From positions 5,527 to 69,526 of the forward strand of contig DALYIW010000006.1 in NCBI GenBank assembly GCA_031970155.1: a DNA stretch of 64,000 nucleotides, read 5' to 3'. The position numbers and the translations under genes were made by a program. The DNA is from Coleofasciculaceae cyanobacterium CTOTU46601. GTDB lineage: Bacteria > Cyanobacteriota > Cyanobacteriia > Cyanobacteriales > Coleofasciculaceae. Under the pieces are notes generated by a model. It was not told where the DNA came from, did not search any database, and saw nothing but the letters and a program-made list of their open reading frames with translations. This document shows positions 38,895-48,143 of the stretch, piece after piece (position 1 is the stretch's first letter; each line of letters begins with the position of its first letter).

Positions 38895-38925
38895 TGATTG
38901 TGTTTTTTACTTGTAGACTGTTGGT

Positions 38926-39204
38926 ATGGCTGAAAAACAAAGCTATGACCAGCGAACAAAAATTTTTGCGGCGCTCTCCGATCCAACAAGGTTGCAGATC
39001 GTCGAGCTACTGACTGCTTGCGAGGAGATGAGTGGTTCAGAGATAGCCGATAAGCTAGGCATCAGTCTAGCTCTGTTTTGCCATCACTCGAAGACGTTAA
39101 CTGAGGCGGGATTAATTAAGCAACGAAAAGAAGGAACTACTAAGTACAATTCACTAAATCATAGTTTGCTCAGAACCTGCCTTGAAAGTTTTACAGGTCT
39201 CTAG
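38926..39204 (+). CDS. ArsR/SmtB-family transcriptional regulator
   Basis: The motifs are FAALSDPTRLQIVELL and a FCHHSKTLTEAGLI recognition-helix region. Confidence 0.85.
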   Translation: MAEKQSYDQRTKIFAALSDPTRLQIVELLTACEEMSGSEIADKLGISLALFCHHSKTLTEAGLIKQRKEGTTKYNSLNHSLLRTCLESFTGL

Positions 39205-39254
39205 TCGAACAATTGAAGTTAACTCTTCCCCCGCTTAAAAGATGGGGATTTAAT

Positions 39255-39290
39255 GTTGTTGGTTGTTGGTTATTGGTTATTGGTTGTTTG
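39255..39290. repeat. STRR-like heptamer array (TTGGTTR)
   Basis: The sequence is gttgttggttgttggttattggttattggttgtttg. Confidence 0.8.
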
Positions 39291-39318
39291 TGTTTTTAAT
39301 AAACAATTAACAACAAGT

Positions 39319-39849
39319 TTAGAAGAATTTTCTTCTCTTGATTCTGTACTCTAGTATATGTAGAACGTTGCCACTTAGATTAACTTTTTCATAAGTTTTT
39401 ATTACTTCTCCTCCCAAAGCCTCAGGAATTTTTCTACTAGCAATATTTCTCCGATCAACAGGATATATAAAATACTCACAATCTATATTTTTATCTGCCC
39501 ATTGTTTGATTGCCGTTATTGCCTCCAATCCATAGTTATTACCATGAGCGTTTTTTTTGAGCCAGATACCCAATTCTGGCTGCTTATCAAGATTATGAAG
39601 CCCAGCACACCCTAAAAATTCCTGTTCTTTTTTGGCTAAAATAATAAGTTGTAAGTTTGTTCCATTTTTAAGTCCTTTTATAGATTCATTTATGAATAAT
39701 TCAGTTTCTGCAATAGTTTTTGCTGACCTTGGGTATGTGTAGGTAGTGATTTCTTCAGTAAATTCTGAAAAAATATTTTCCTTATATTCCATTGTTATGG
39801 GTTTGATGATCAGACGATTGGTTGAGATTTCTACATGGCTTAGGTTCAT
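39319..39849 (-). CDS. GNAT-family N-acetyltransferase (RimJ/RimL-like)
   Basis: It is 176 aa with a GNAT-like core, FLGCAGLHNL...HGNNYGLEAITAIKQWA. The coding sequence is visibly AT-rich. Confidence 0.7.
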   Translation of the reverse strand: MNLSHVEISTNRLIIKPITMEYKENIFSEFTEEITTYTYPRSAKTIAETELFINESIKGLKNGTNLQLIILAKKEQEFLGCAGLHNLDKQPELGIWLKKNAHGNNYGLEAITAIKQWADKNIDCEYFIYPVDRRNIASRKIPEALGGEVIKTYEKVNLSGNVLHILEYRIKRRKFF

Positions 39850-39921
39850 AGCCTACTCATAGAACAGCAAAAATTTAAGACAAAATATTCAATGTTCAGC
39901 AGCAGTTAAAAAGAAATTTTC

Positions 39922-40332
39922 TCAAGCTAAAGTTGTGAAGATTTTGATTATCCCGACTAGAGAACCTATTAACAAAACCAGAATAGATAAAGCATTTATA
40001 CCAAAACCGAGTGCCCGTTTTTGAGCAGCTTGATAGTAACCCCAGGCGTATAAAATGCGTCCGATGATCCAAAGTGCACCAATTCCAGAACCCCATATTG
40101 GGCTGACAAACAGGGAGAATAACCATAAACTTGGCAAAAACAGGACAAGTTGTTCTAGAGTGTTTTGTTGAACTCGAAACACTCTCTCAAAATCTGGATT
40201 TCCTGAAGTCTGGGGAGGAAGAACTTTATACTTTACTCTAGCTCTACCCACATTGGCTGTAAGCACAAAGAAAAGCAGTAGGGTAAGAACAGTCACCAAG
40301 CTGGGAAAGAGCAGGGTTTTCAGTTCAATCAT
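39922..40332 (-). CDS. MAPEG-family membrane protein (microsomal glutathione S-transferase-like)
   Basis: It is 136 aa with 3-4 TM helices. The motifs are RVFRVQQNTLEQLVLFLP and RILYAWGY. Confidence 0.7.
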   Translation of the reverse strand: MIELKTLLFPSLVTVLTLLLFFVLTANVGRARVKYKVLPPQTSGNPDFERVFRVQQNTLEQLVLFLPSLWLFSLFVSPIWGSGIGALWIIGRILYAWGYYQAAQKRALGFGINALSILVLLIGSLVGIIKIFTTLA

Positions 40333-40400
40333 GTTATCAATCTTTAAAAATGATTCTAAGCTTTGACCTACTCTTTCACTATACAGCGAAACAATATTGG

Positions 40401-41666
40401 TTAACCGTTTATGGGTTCGACAATCGACCCCATAAACAAGATTGTTCCTGTCTGATTATCACGAATCGCAAAGAAAAAGGGGCGATCAACACTCATTTCA
40501 ATCGGTGAACCTCTTACCGCACCCACTTCTGTCACGGCTGCCGATTCTGTACCTTCTTCATTCACTTCCACAAAAGTCTTATGTTTCACTTGATCAATCC
40601 AGAGAGATGACGGAGACATGGCAGAAAAATCAGCTCCTTTTGCAAAAGCCATCTCCATTCCTAGAGCTTTCAAAGTATCCTTTAGTTCGATTGAATACTC
40701 GCATTTAAAGCGGGGTAAACTCATGGAAATTCCCGCCTCATAAGGGGTGAACTGATTGAGCCATTTCTGCCAGTTTGCCGCATTCAGGTTTTCATAAAAG
40801 GTTTTGAGGCTAACTCCTTGATTGGGAAGAAAGATGTACATACTCAATCTCCCCTGCCCATAAGGCAAGCTGACAGCCTGAAACATTTCATTCTCATAGT
40901 ACGGAAAGTACCTCAACTTCTTCTGGCGCATCATTGGGTGCTGCTTTTGAGTGCCGTTGAGGAGAGTAAAAGGACGGTTTTCTGTTGCTTCTTTAGGAAA
41001 TGGCTCTGTCCAGTTTCCCTTAAAATAAATGGCGTTGAGCAGAAGAAAAACTACATTTGGTTCAATTTGATCAACAATTTTATGAATCTTTCCATTAGTA
41101 CTCTGCTTAACCCAAGCGTTAATCACCGATGGAGCAGTAGGAGCACCAAAATTAATATTTTTAACTTCTGCTTGGTAGTTATTCTGGATTACTTGTAGAA
41201 ATTTTGGCTGGAAAGGCTCATTTTCTCTAACCCATAGAGAGTTGGCTATAGAGATTTGAACTGTTGGATCGGCATTTTTTAGGATAGTTTTCAGGAAGGC
41301 ATTAGCTTGATTAATTTCCTGAGAACTCATTCCTTGTAATTCTAGAGTTTGACCGATCGCTTGCTGAGTTTGGCCGCTAGAGCCGTCATACAGCATATCT
41401 AGGGCTATAGCAACACTAGCCGGAGAAATAAAAATATTCTGGTTAGACTGTTTTTTGAGTATTTCTGAGAAAAGCTTGAAGCTCAACCGGGTGTTGGCTG
41501 CAACCAGCTTGGTATTCACAACTTCATTAGAAGCTTGTATACTTGCACTCAGCTTTGTATTGGGAGTAACTATACTGAGCGGTTGCTTTGCATACAAAAC
41601 TTTAGCCAGACCAAGTACACTCAGGCATATAGAGGCGGCGAGAATTACCCAATTTCTGCTCTTCAT
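40401..41666 (-). CDS. Serpin-family protease inhibitor with an N-terminal signal/anchor
   Basis: The hinge and shutter region is EVNEEGTESAAVTEVGAVRGSPIEMSVDRPFFFAIRD. The start is set at Met36 (MKSRNWVILAASICLSVLG), because the first 35 codons of the track ORF are repeat-derived. Confidence 0.85.
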   Translation of the reverse strand: MKSRNWVILAASICLSVLGLAKVLYAKQPLSIVTPNTKLSASIQASNEVVNTKLVAANTRLSFKLFSEILKKQSNQNIFISPASVAIALDMLYDGSSGQTQQAIGQTLELQGMSSQEINQANAFLKTILKNADPTVQISIANSLWVRENEPFQPKFLQVIQNNYQAEVKNINFGAPTAPSVINAWVKQSTNGKIHKIVDQIEPNVVFLLLNAIYFKGNWTEPFPKEATENRPFTLLNGTQKQHPMMRQKKLRYFPYYENEMFQAVSLPYGQGRLSMYIFLPNQGVSLKTFYENLNAANWQKWLNQFTPYEAGISMSLPRFKCEYSIELKDTLKALGMEMAFAKGADFSAMSPSSLWIDQVKHKTFVEVNEEGTESAAVTEVGAVRGSPIEMSVDRPFFFAIRDNQTGTILFMGSIVEPING

Positions 41667-41706
41667 CGTACTAGCAATCAGCGCCTCAGGCGGGTAGTAA
41701 ATCCTA

Positions 41707-41805
41707 ACTGAAAAATCGGGAGTCGGGAGTTGGGAGTTGGGAGTCGGGAGTCGGGGAAGAAAGATTTTCATTCCGCAGTTGTGAGCGCAGCCGATAGTGA
41801 CTAAC
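41707..41805 (+). repeat. Composite repeat (heptamer array plus module)
   Basis: The sequence is actgaaaaatcgggagtcgggagttgggagttgggagtcgggagtcggggaagaaagattttcattccgcagttgtgagcgcagccgatagtgactaac. Confidence 0.8.
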
Positions 41806-42180
41806 TTGTTTTAACTAGTGCACGGCTTGTGTAAGGGAAATATTCCTGACTACCTTGAATCCAAAAGCTTTTCCCAACGTACACACGACGATTGCCATTA
41901 GTGCGAGGGAATTCTGTTTTTGAATTGATCGTGAGTTTAATTGAGAGCTGTTTGAGTCTACGGAAAGGATCCATCACTAGCATGGATGCCAAAAGATCTG
42001 GCTAAGCAGCCAGATAGACTTCCTGCGACTTACTGCCTAAAAGCTAGATCAATCGTTTACACCCTGGGGGGTTTCCTCATATCGTCAACGTCTCCTCCAA
42101 CACTCTGCTTTTCTAACATGCGTTGGCTTTGACCTGCAAGGAAACTCGGTCACTGACATTCGAGACTTCGGTTGTACTGT

Positions 42181-43392
42181 TCATTCTGAACCACCAACCA
42201 GCGCCTCAGGTCGATAGTATATTTTAGCCTGTTTAAACCGACACAGAGCTTCTGTTAAGCGATCGCATTCTGCAATCAAACTAATCCGCACGTACCCCTC
42301 ACCTGCAACCCCAAAAGCATTCCCTGGCGTTACAACAACACCCGTTTGCTGCAAGACATTGAGAGCAAAATCGGTTGAACCCATTCCCACCGGGCAAGGC
42401 ACCCACAGATACATTGTCGCTTTCGATTTGGGAATATCCCAACCCAGCTCACCTAACCCTTCTATGAGAAAATCACGACGGCGACGGTAACGCGCTTGGA
42501 CTTCATGCACGTAGACATCCGGTAGCTGTAAGGCAGTTTCAGCAGCCGTTTGCAAGGCAGCAAAGATGCCATAGTCCAGATTTGTTTTTAATGTCCGCAA
42601 CCCTTGAATAATGTGGCGATTTCCGACAACGAAGCCAACGCGCCAGCCTGCCATGTTGTAAGTTTTCGACAAGGTATGAAACTCCACGCCTATTTCCTTA
42701 GCACCGGGAATTTCTAGCAAGCTAGTAGGCTGATAACCATCAAAGGCCAGCTCAGCGTAACACAAGTCATGAACGAGTAAGATTTCGTGCTTTTGAGCAA
42801 AGGCAACAATGTCTTTAAAGAATTCGCGAGGAGCTGTAGCGGTTGTTGGATTACTGGGATAGTTGAAATAGAGCATCTTTGCTCGCTGGGCAACATCGTC
42901 GGGAATTGCGGCTAAATCGATGAGCCAGTCATTTTCGGGTTTCAGAATTAGGCTGTGGATTGTACCCCCAGCGATTACAGGGCCGCGGAAGTGAGCGGGA
43001 TAAGCGGGGCTAGGGACTAAAATCAAGTCACCCGGATTGATATAAGCCAAAGCCAAGTGAGTTAGCCCTTCTTTGGAACCCAGTAGAGGTAACGCTTCAC
43101 TATCTGGGTCAAGCTCAACATTATAGCGGCGGCGATACCAACTAGTAATGGCACGGCGGAAACTAGCTGTTCCCTCAAACGGGGGGTAGCCGTGATTGGC
43201 AGGGTTTTGTAAAGCAGCGATCGCGGCTTCGATTACTGGCTCAGGTGCTGATCCATCTGGATTACCCATCCCTAAGTCAATTAAATCCAGTCCCTGCTCA
43301 CGGGCACGGGCTTTCAGTTCATCTAAACGAGCAAACACATAGGGAGGCAAGGCGCTCAGACGCTTTGCTGGGGTAATCCAATCTAAATTCAT
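42181..43392 (-). CDS. PLP-dependent class I/II aminotransferase (AlaT / LL-DAP-aminotransferase-like)
   Basis: The motifs are LPPYVFARLDELK, DLGMGNPD and SKTYNMAGWRVGF (PLP Lys). Confidence 0.85.
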   Translation of the reverse strand: MNLDWITPAKRLSALPPYVFARLDELKARAREQGLDLIDLGMGNPDGSAPEPVIEAAIAALQNPANHGYPPFEGTASFRRAITSWYRRRYNVELDPDSEALPLLGSKEGLTHLALAYINPGDLILVPSPAYPAHFRGPVIAGGTIHSLILKPENDWLIDLAAIPDDVAQRAKMLYFNYPSNPTTATAPREFFKDIVAFAQKHEILLVHDLCYAELAFDGYQPTSLLEIPGAKEIGVEFHTLSKTYNMAGWRVGFVVGNRHIIQGLRTLKTNLDYGIFAALQTAAETALQLPDVYVHEVQARYRRRRDFLIEGLGELGWDIPKSKATMYLWVPCPVGMGSTDFALNVLQQTGVVVTPGNAFGVAGEGYVRISLIAECDRLTEALCRFKQAKIYYRPEALVGGSE

Positions 43393-43585
43393 CAGAAAAC
43401 CAGGCTTTCCTGTACTTAAAGAAAAATTATATCGGTATCCTAACGAGACCGCTCAAGTGATATTGCCAAAGTTAGAAGCGATCGCCGTGGCAGTCAAGTT
43501 CTTGCTGTTAAAAAGCTACGAGAGCTTAAGGTACTCTTAACAACTGTTACAGATACTTGGGGGGAGGTAGTAGCTAACTTCTTCC

Positions 43586-43617
43586 CCATTACCCATTACC
43601 CATTACCCATTACCCAT
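43586..43617. repeat. Heptamer array (CCATTAC)
   Basis: The sequence is ccattacccattacccattacccattacccatt. Confidence 0.85.
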
Positions 43618-44178
43618 TCAAGCTAAATGTCTGATAACGCGGCAAGGGTTGCCTGCGGCGACAACTCTAGCAGGTATGTCTTTAACCACTACACTACCAG
43701 CCGCGATAGTGGTGTCATCACCAATAGTGACTCCTGGACAAATGATCGCACCACCTCCAATCCAGACATTATTACCAATTTGAACTGGAGCAGCAAATTC
43801 TAGACCAGACAGACGCACTTCGGGATCAGTTGGGTGAGTAGCCGTGTAAATCTGTACGGCAGGACCGCACATTACCTTTTCACCGATGTCAACCCGATTA
43901 CAGTCTAGAATCACACAGCCAAAGTTCATATAGAAACCATCACCTGCGAAAATATTGCTGCCGTAGTCGCAGTAGAAAGGTGGCTCAATCTCAATAGTTA
44001 ACCCGGCTGCGCCAAACAACTCAAAAAGAATTTGCGATCGCCTTTCCTGCTCTTGCTCCGTCGTCGAGTTATATAGGCGAGTGAGACGACGCGCACTTTG
44101 ACGTTGGGCTACTAGCTCAGAATCAGTAGAGCGATACAGCTCACCTGCCAACATCTTTTGTTTTTCTGTTTTGTCCAT
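43618..44178 (-). CDS. Sugar O-acetyltransferase (maltose/galactoside acetyltransferase-like, left-handed beta-helix)
   Basis: MLAGELY...R...L..YN at the N-terminus, hexapeptide repeats, and NVWIGGGAIICPGVTIGDDTTIAAGSVV. The start is set at Met17. Confidence 0.82.
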   Translation of the reverse strand: MDKTEKQKMLAGELYRSTDSELVAQRQSARRLTRLYNSTTEQEQERRSQILFELFGAAGLTIEIEPPFYCDYGSNIFAGDGFYMNFGCVILDCNRVDIGEKVMCGPAVQIYTATHPTDPEVRLSGLEFAAPVQIGNNVWIGGGAIICPGVTIGDDTTIAAGSVVVKDIPARVVAAGNPCRVIRHLA

Positions 44179-44188
44179 TTCTGCTTCT

Positions 44189-44497
44189 TTATTGAGCAAG
44201 CGTTCTCGCCTGTTTGACCATGGCAATTAAGGTATGGTGGGCATCTTCGGCATCTTTTAGAACATGATCAAATTCAATACGTACAGGTACAGATGCACCA
44301 TTAACTTGTGCCATGAGATTCATCCCTTGGGCATCAATTGAAAGCATTTGGGCGGCTTCTGTATCGGGAGAATTACCATAAGTTTGAGCATAGATTGCTA
44401 CGGCATCAGCATGGTCTTCGTTCATGTGCTTACAAATGCGTACGCGATCAGCGTCGGCGAAGCCATCGCTCACTTCTGGGGAGAACTGTTCAGACAT
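44189..44497 (-). CDS. DUF2470-domain protein
   Basis: ICKHMNEDHADAV is the hallmark of DUF2470. It ends 10 nt upstream of the acetyltransferase start. Confidence 0.7.
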   Translation of the reverse strand: MSEQFSPEVSDGFADADRVRICKHMNEDHADAVAIYAQTYGNSPDTEAAQMLSIDAQGMNLMAQVNGASVPVRIEFDHVLKDAEDAHHTLIAMVKQARTLAQ

Positions 44498-44580
44498 AGT
44501 GTTCCTGTTCCTACATTTATAAAAAAGTGTTGTTTGCCCTAAAAACCAGCCGACAAAAACAAACTGTATAAGTTTTTGAG

Positions 44581-45495
44581 TTACTGCTGCAATTGCTGCA
44601 CAAACTCAGCAACGACAGCAACAAATTCAGCGGTTGACTCATAGGGTAAAATATTTCGACCAGAAATTTTCCGCCCCTGGCCTTGAGGCAGATGCTTGAG
44701 GTACTCAGCTACTCGTTGATCTGGTGTTTCCGCTTGACCTGTGCGGCTAATACTAGTAGCTTTCTCTCCTACTACTACTAACGTCGGCCTAGAGACAGAT
44801 GCGATCGCTTTCTCATAGTTTTGTCGCCAGAACCCTGCCAGGAAGGAAAAAACAGCATAACGACTGTCGAGATCGACAGCACCGCTTCTGAGAGTATCTA
44901 ACCATTCGTCCTCCACTACTGAGCCATCAGCCAACAGTTGACGCTCTGTAAATGATCGCAAAAATTGACGACGGCGGGCGTAGCGATAGAAAACACTGCC
45001 CACAGGAGAGTCTAATACATTCCAAGTCAATTTTCGCTGCCAACTAGGAGTTTCTTTGGTCATTACCGCCCAAGCTGGAGGACCGGCTAGAACTAGTCCA
45101 TGAAGGTAATTCGGCTCAGTTTGCTTCTCCACAAGCGCCAGCGCTACAGATAACTCTGCACCTTGAGCCAGCAAAATTACAGGTTGTTTAACGATTTTTT
45201 GCAAAAAGTACTGCAACTGCTGTGCCCAATCGGTTGGAGTGTAGGCCACACGAGGCATGTCACTCTCGCCACATCCGAGCAAATCTGGATTGTAAATCGG
45301 GTTGCTATGTCCGGTTTGATGCCACTCTCGGCAGAACCGATGCCAAAAGTAGCGAGATAACCCGACACCGATAGGATGCAGCAATACTAAAGGGATACTG
45401 TTATCAGCAGTTGAGGCTGTTGAAGGATAAAATTCGTAGGCACAACGGTAGTTTCGCCAAGTATAAAACTGTGAAGCGGGAAAAGATACAGTCAT
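44581..45495 (-). CDS. Alpha/beta hydrolase fold protein
   Basis: PLVLLHPIGVG, with the nucleophile-elbow position degenerate (AQGAE). The start is set at Met23 of track ORF 44581-45561. Confidence 0.65.
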   Translation of the reverse strand: MTVSFPASQFYTWRNYRCAYEFYPSTASTADNSIPLVLLHPIGVGLSRYFWHRFCREWHQTGHSNPIYNPDLLGCGESDMPRVAYTPTDWAQQLQYFLQKIVKQPVILLAQGAELSVALALVEKQTEPNYLHGLVLAGPPAWAVMTKETPSWQRKLTWNVLDSPVGSVFYRYARRRQFLRSFTERQLLADGSVVEDEWLDTLRSGAVDLDSRYAVFSFLAGFWRQNYEKAIASVSRPTLVVVGEKATSISRTGQAETPDQRVAEYLKHLPQGQGRKISGRNILPYESTAEFVAVVAEFVQQLQQ

Positions 45496-45843
45496 TGCTG
45501 TCAACTTAAAGAGAAAACCAAGGGAAGGGGGACACAGGAGATTGTCCCACTCTTGAGTCATCTCCCCATCGTTTTTTGGGTCAGCTCGTAAAATAGCTCT
45601 TAATATTAGTCTATGGGCATTTCAGTTGACGCTGATTAAGTTACTTTTAAATCTAACTAGGGAGGGATGTAATTTAGGGTGTTAATTTCTCATACTGAAC
45701 TTGTTAGGTAGATCGAGATAAACGTTGCCTTATTTGAGGGAAAGTGGAGAGTAGAAACAGTCAGGGACATCAGCAAGTAGAGTGTTTTTGACCTCTACCT
45801 ACTCAATGTATTTTTTAGTGTTCATCAATAACAGGAGTCTCAA

Positions 45844-46032
45844 ATGAGCATTGAAGATCGGGCAGAAGCAGTTGCTAAAAATATTGAAGGCAAAATCCAA
45901 GAAGCAGCTAGTGAAATCACTGGTGACCCAAAAGATAAGGTAGAAGGTCAAGCCAAGCAGGATGAAGCTGCTGCGATACATTTGAGAGAAGATCTCAAAG
46001 ATAAAGCAAAGGAAGTAATCGACAGATCTTAG
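45844..46032 (+). CDS. CsbD-family stress-response protein
   Basis: KNIEGKIQEAASEITGDPKDKVEGQAKQ is the typical CsbD repeat. An AGGAG site lies upstream. Confidence 0.85.
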   Translation: MSIEDRAEAVAKNIEGKIQEAASEITGDPKDKVEGQAKQDEAAAIHLREDLKDKAKEVIDRS

Positions 46033-46262
46033 TTGAAATCAGGAAACAGACCTTAAAGAGTAGAGGATAGAAGATGATTGTTTAATAGGTTGGTAAGACC
46101 TTAAATCATTTTCTACTTTACTTAAGTTATCATTCCCGGCAACAATTTATTTTTAAACATTCTAGTGTAGTAAGGCAGAGACAATTAACCTGTAGAAATC
46201 TCCACTTCTCCCTCTAGTCTCTAGGAGTAGGTTAAAAGTGTCTACCAAGCTACACTAGGTAC

Positions 46263-46309
46263 CAACCGATTAGCAGTAGAGGCATCAAGCTTCTACTGCT
46301 AATCGGTTG
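46263..46309. other. Perfect 18-bp inverted repeat with an 11-nt loop
   Basis: The structure is caaccgattagcagtaga-ggcatcaagct-tctactgctaatcggttg. Confidence 0.85.
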
Positions 46310-46314
46310 TATTA

Positions 46315-46403
46315 TGACTTACTCAAATTCACAGATTCAACGCTAGATGTAGGGGCATATGACCATATGCCTCTACCGATTATAGAGGTTGTGCGTAAGT
46401 CTT
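46315..46403. mobile_element. Degenerate family-2 MITE
   Basis: The sequence is gacttactca...gtaggggcatatgaccatatgcctctac...tgcgtaagtcttg. Confidence 0.55.
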
Positions 46404-47012
46404 GTGTTTATTAGCTTTTTGCGATCGCTTAATGGGGTTTATCCAGTTCTCTAGTAAACTACAGCACTGCTCAAATGAGTTCAGTCCATCCATCATCTCC
46501 TGACTTCTAATTCTTAGACACCACATCTAGTAGGAGCGAATGGCTACTGACCTCCACAAATAGCGGTTCAACCTCTAAACGAGAACCTCTATCATGCTCA
46601 CCAGCCTACCTAAAGTCAGCGCCAGCTTAATGATCAAGAACAGGGGAGTAACAGGGACAACGCCACTCCTGACGCTCTTGAGCGTTGCTAGCGCCCTGCT
46701 ATCGGATTCATCCTTGGAGTCAGTAGTCCCACTCTCTCAAATTTTCAACCAGGAGACAGCCAATGAGTTTCAGCCATTTGACTGAAGCTTTTCAGCCATT
46801 CTTCTGATGCATTTCTACAAAAGTCATTTGTATGATCATGCGAGCCTTAAAAAGCCTTCTCATAGATAGTTGCCAGAAGTCTTTACAGAATCTTTAGTAT
46901 TTCCTATAAGATCTTTATATTTACTTAACATAAGTTTACAATTCTATAGAAGAGACTATAAGGAAATCAAATGACAATTACACCGAACACTGGTGGAAGG
47001 AAACCGGAATAA

Positions 47013-47246
47013 ATGAGACGGATTACCAGCTATCAAGCCTTGTGGAGACCAGTGGAAAATAAAGGACACTTCTGGTTTACCTATTCTGACGGTGATAGAG
47101 AACGGACTATGGATTTAGATCCAGAGAGCTTTAGGACAATGATGAAGGTTCTAGACACCGATAAGCCGATTTTCGCAGACCACAGCACATCTGTAATCGC
47201 TGTCAATTCGCAGCCAAATGACTGCAAGGTAAAGGCTCTGTCTTAG
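47013..47246 (+). CDS. Small conserved hypothetical protein, paralogue A (77 aa)
   Basis: It shares RITSYQALWRP..NKGHFWFTY.DGDRERT.DLD.ESFR....LDTDKPIF.DH.T with ORF 47904-48143. Confidence 0.65.
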   Translation: MRRITSYQALWRPVENKGHFWFTYSDGDRERTMDLDPESFRTMMKVLDTDKPIFADHSTSVIAVNSQPNDCKVKALS

Positions 47247-47342
47247 CTGGATACTATCTTCAAATCAATAGGAAATACTAATGTATTGGTTATGGATATC
47301 TTATCTCAAGTTTAAATGGCTGACCTACTTAATAAACTCAGG

Positions 47343-47390
47343 CGAACTTTATCAAGTCTTTAGAAATTGCTGAAAGCTTGCACAAGTTCG
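47343..47390. other. Conserved stem-loop, copy 1 (core of a ~90-nt repeat at 47314-47405)
   Basis: The structure is cgaactt-tat-caagtcttt-[agaaattgctg]-aaagcttg-cac-aagttcg. Confidence 0.6.
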
Positions 47391-47903
47391 TGATGAATTG
47401 ACCGATGCCAAATTCAGACGGAAGATCCAGTCAACTGGGATACCAGGTAGTTGGGGTAATCAGTGGGTTAAGTGTTCTCACCCCTCACACAAGTTGGCGA
47501 TTCTGTTGAGAAAATAACGTCGAAGCATACCCTCTCTTTTAGGGAGAAAGTAAGTTTTGCCTGCGCCTTCATACCCTTTACCCTCTAATCCCACAATTTT
47601 TGCTGAGTAGCCAATATTTGAGTTTCCTTAACCTAGACCATTCTTGAGTTGATGTTTGATAGTTTGTGCTGCTGCTTGGCACAGCAGCGCAATTTAGAAC
47701 AGTTATCCTATATGGTGTTATTTTCTCTTAATTACTTAATGGGAGATGCACATTTAATCATTTGAAGTGACGCTGGAAAATTTTTGTTTGAGAAAACTTT
47801 AAGAAACGATCGCAATATCTTTAACCCGTGATTATAATATTTCTTTATAAATCCTAAACTATGTATACACTTAAGGTAAAAGACTAGAGGAAATCAGTAG
47901 CCA

Positions 47904-48143
47904 ATGGAAATGAAACGAATTACTAGCTATCAAGCTTTATGGAGACCACAAGACAATAAAGGTCACTTCTGGTTTACCTATTTTGATGGCGACAGAGAAC
48001 GTACTATTGATTTAGATGCAGAAAGCTTCAGGATTGTCTTAGAGATTCTTGACACCGATAAACCAATTTTTGGAGACCATACCACGGCGTCTGTCGCTGT
48101 TCACTCGGCACCGACAGAGATAAAAGTAGGCGCATGGGCTTAG
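47904..48143 (+). CDS. Small conserved hypothetical protein, paralogue B (79 aa)
   Basis: See paralogue A. A GAGGAAA site lies upstream. Confidence 0.65.
   Translation: MEMKRITSYQALWRPQDNKGHFWFTYFDGDRERTIDLDAESFRIVLEILDTDKPIFGDHTTASVAVHSAPTEIKVGAWA

Noticed and set aside
41801-41992. 63-aa minus-strand ORF between the serpin and the aminotransferase.
   Set aside because: It has a TTG start, no ribosome-binding site and no recognisable motif. It may be a gene remnant, but there is nothing to support a call.
47480-47500. Sequence acccctcacac, which resembles the conserved Yfr1 sRNA box ACTCCTCACAC.
   Set aside because: It has one mismatch. I could not fold the flanking sequence into the two stem-loops that define Yfr1. 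It is probably a chance match.
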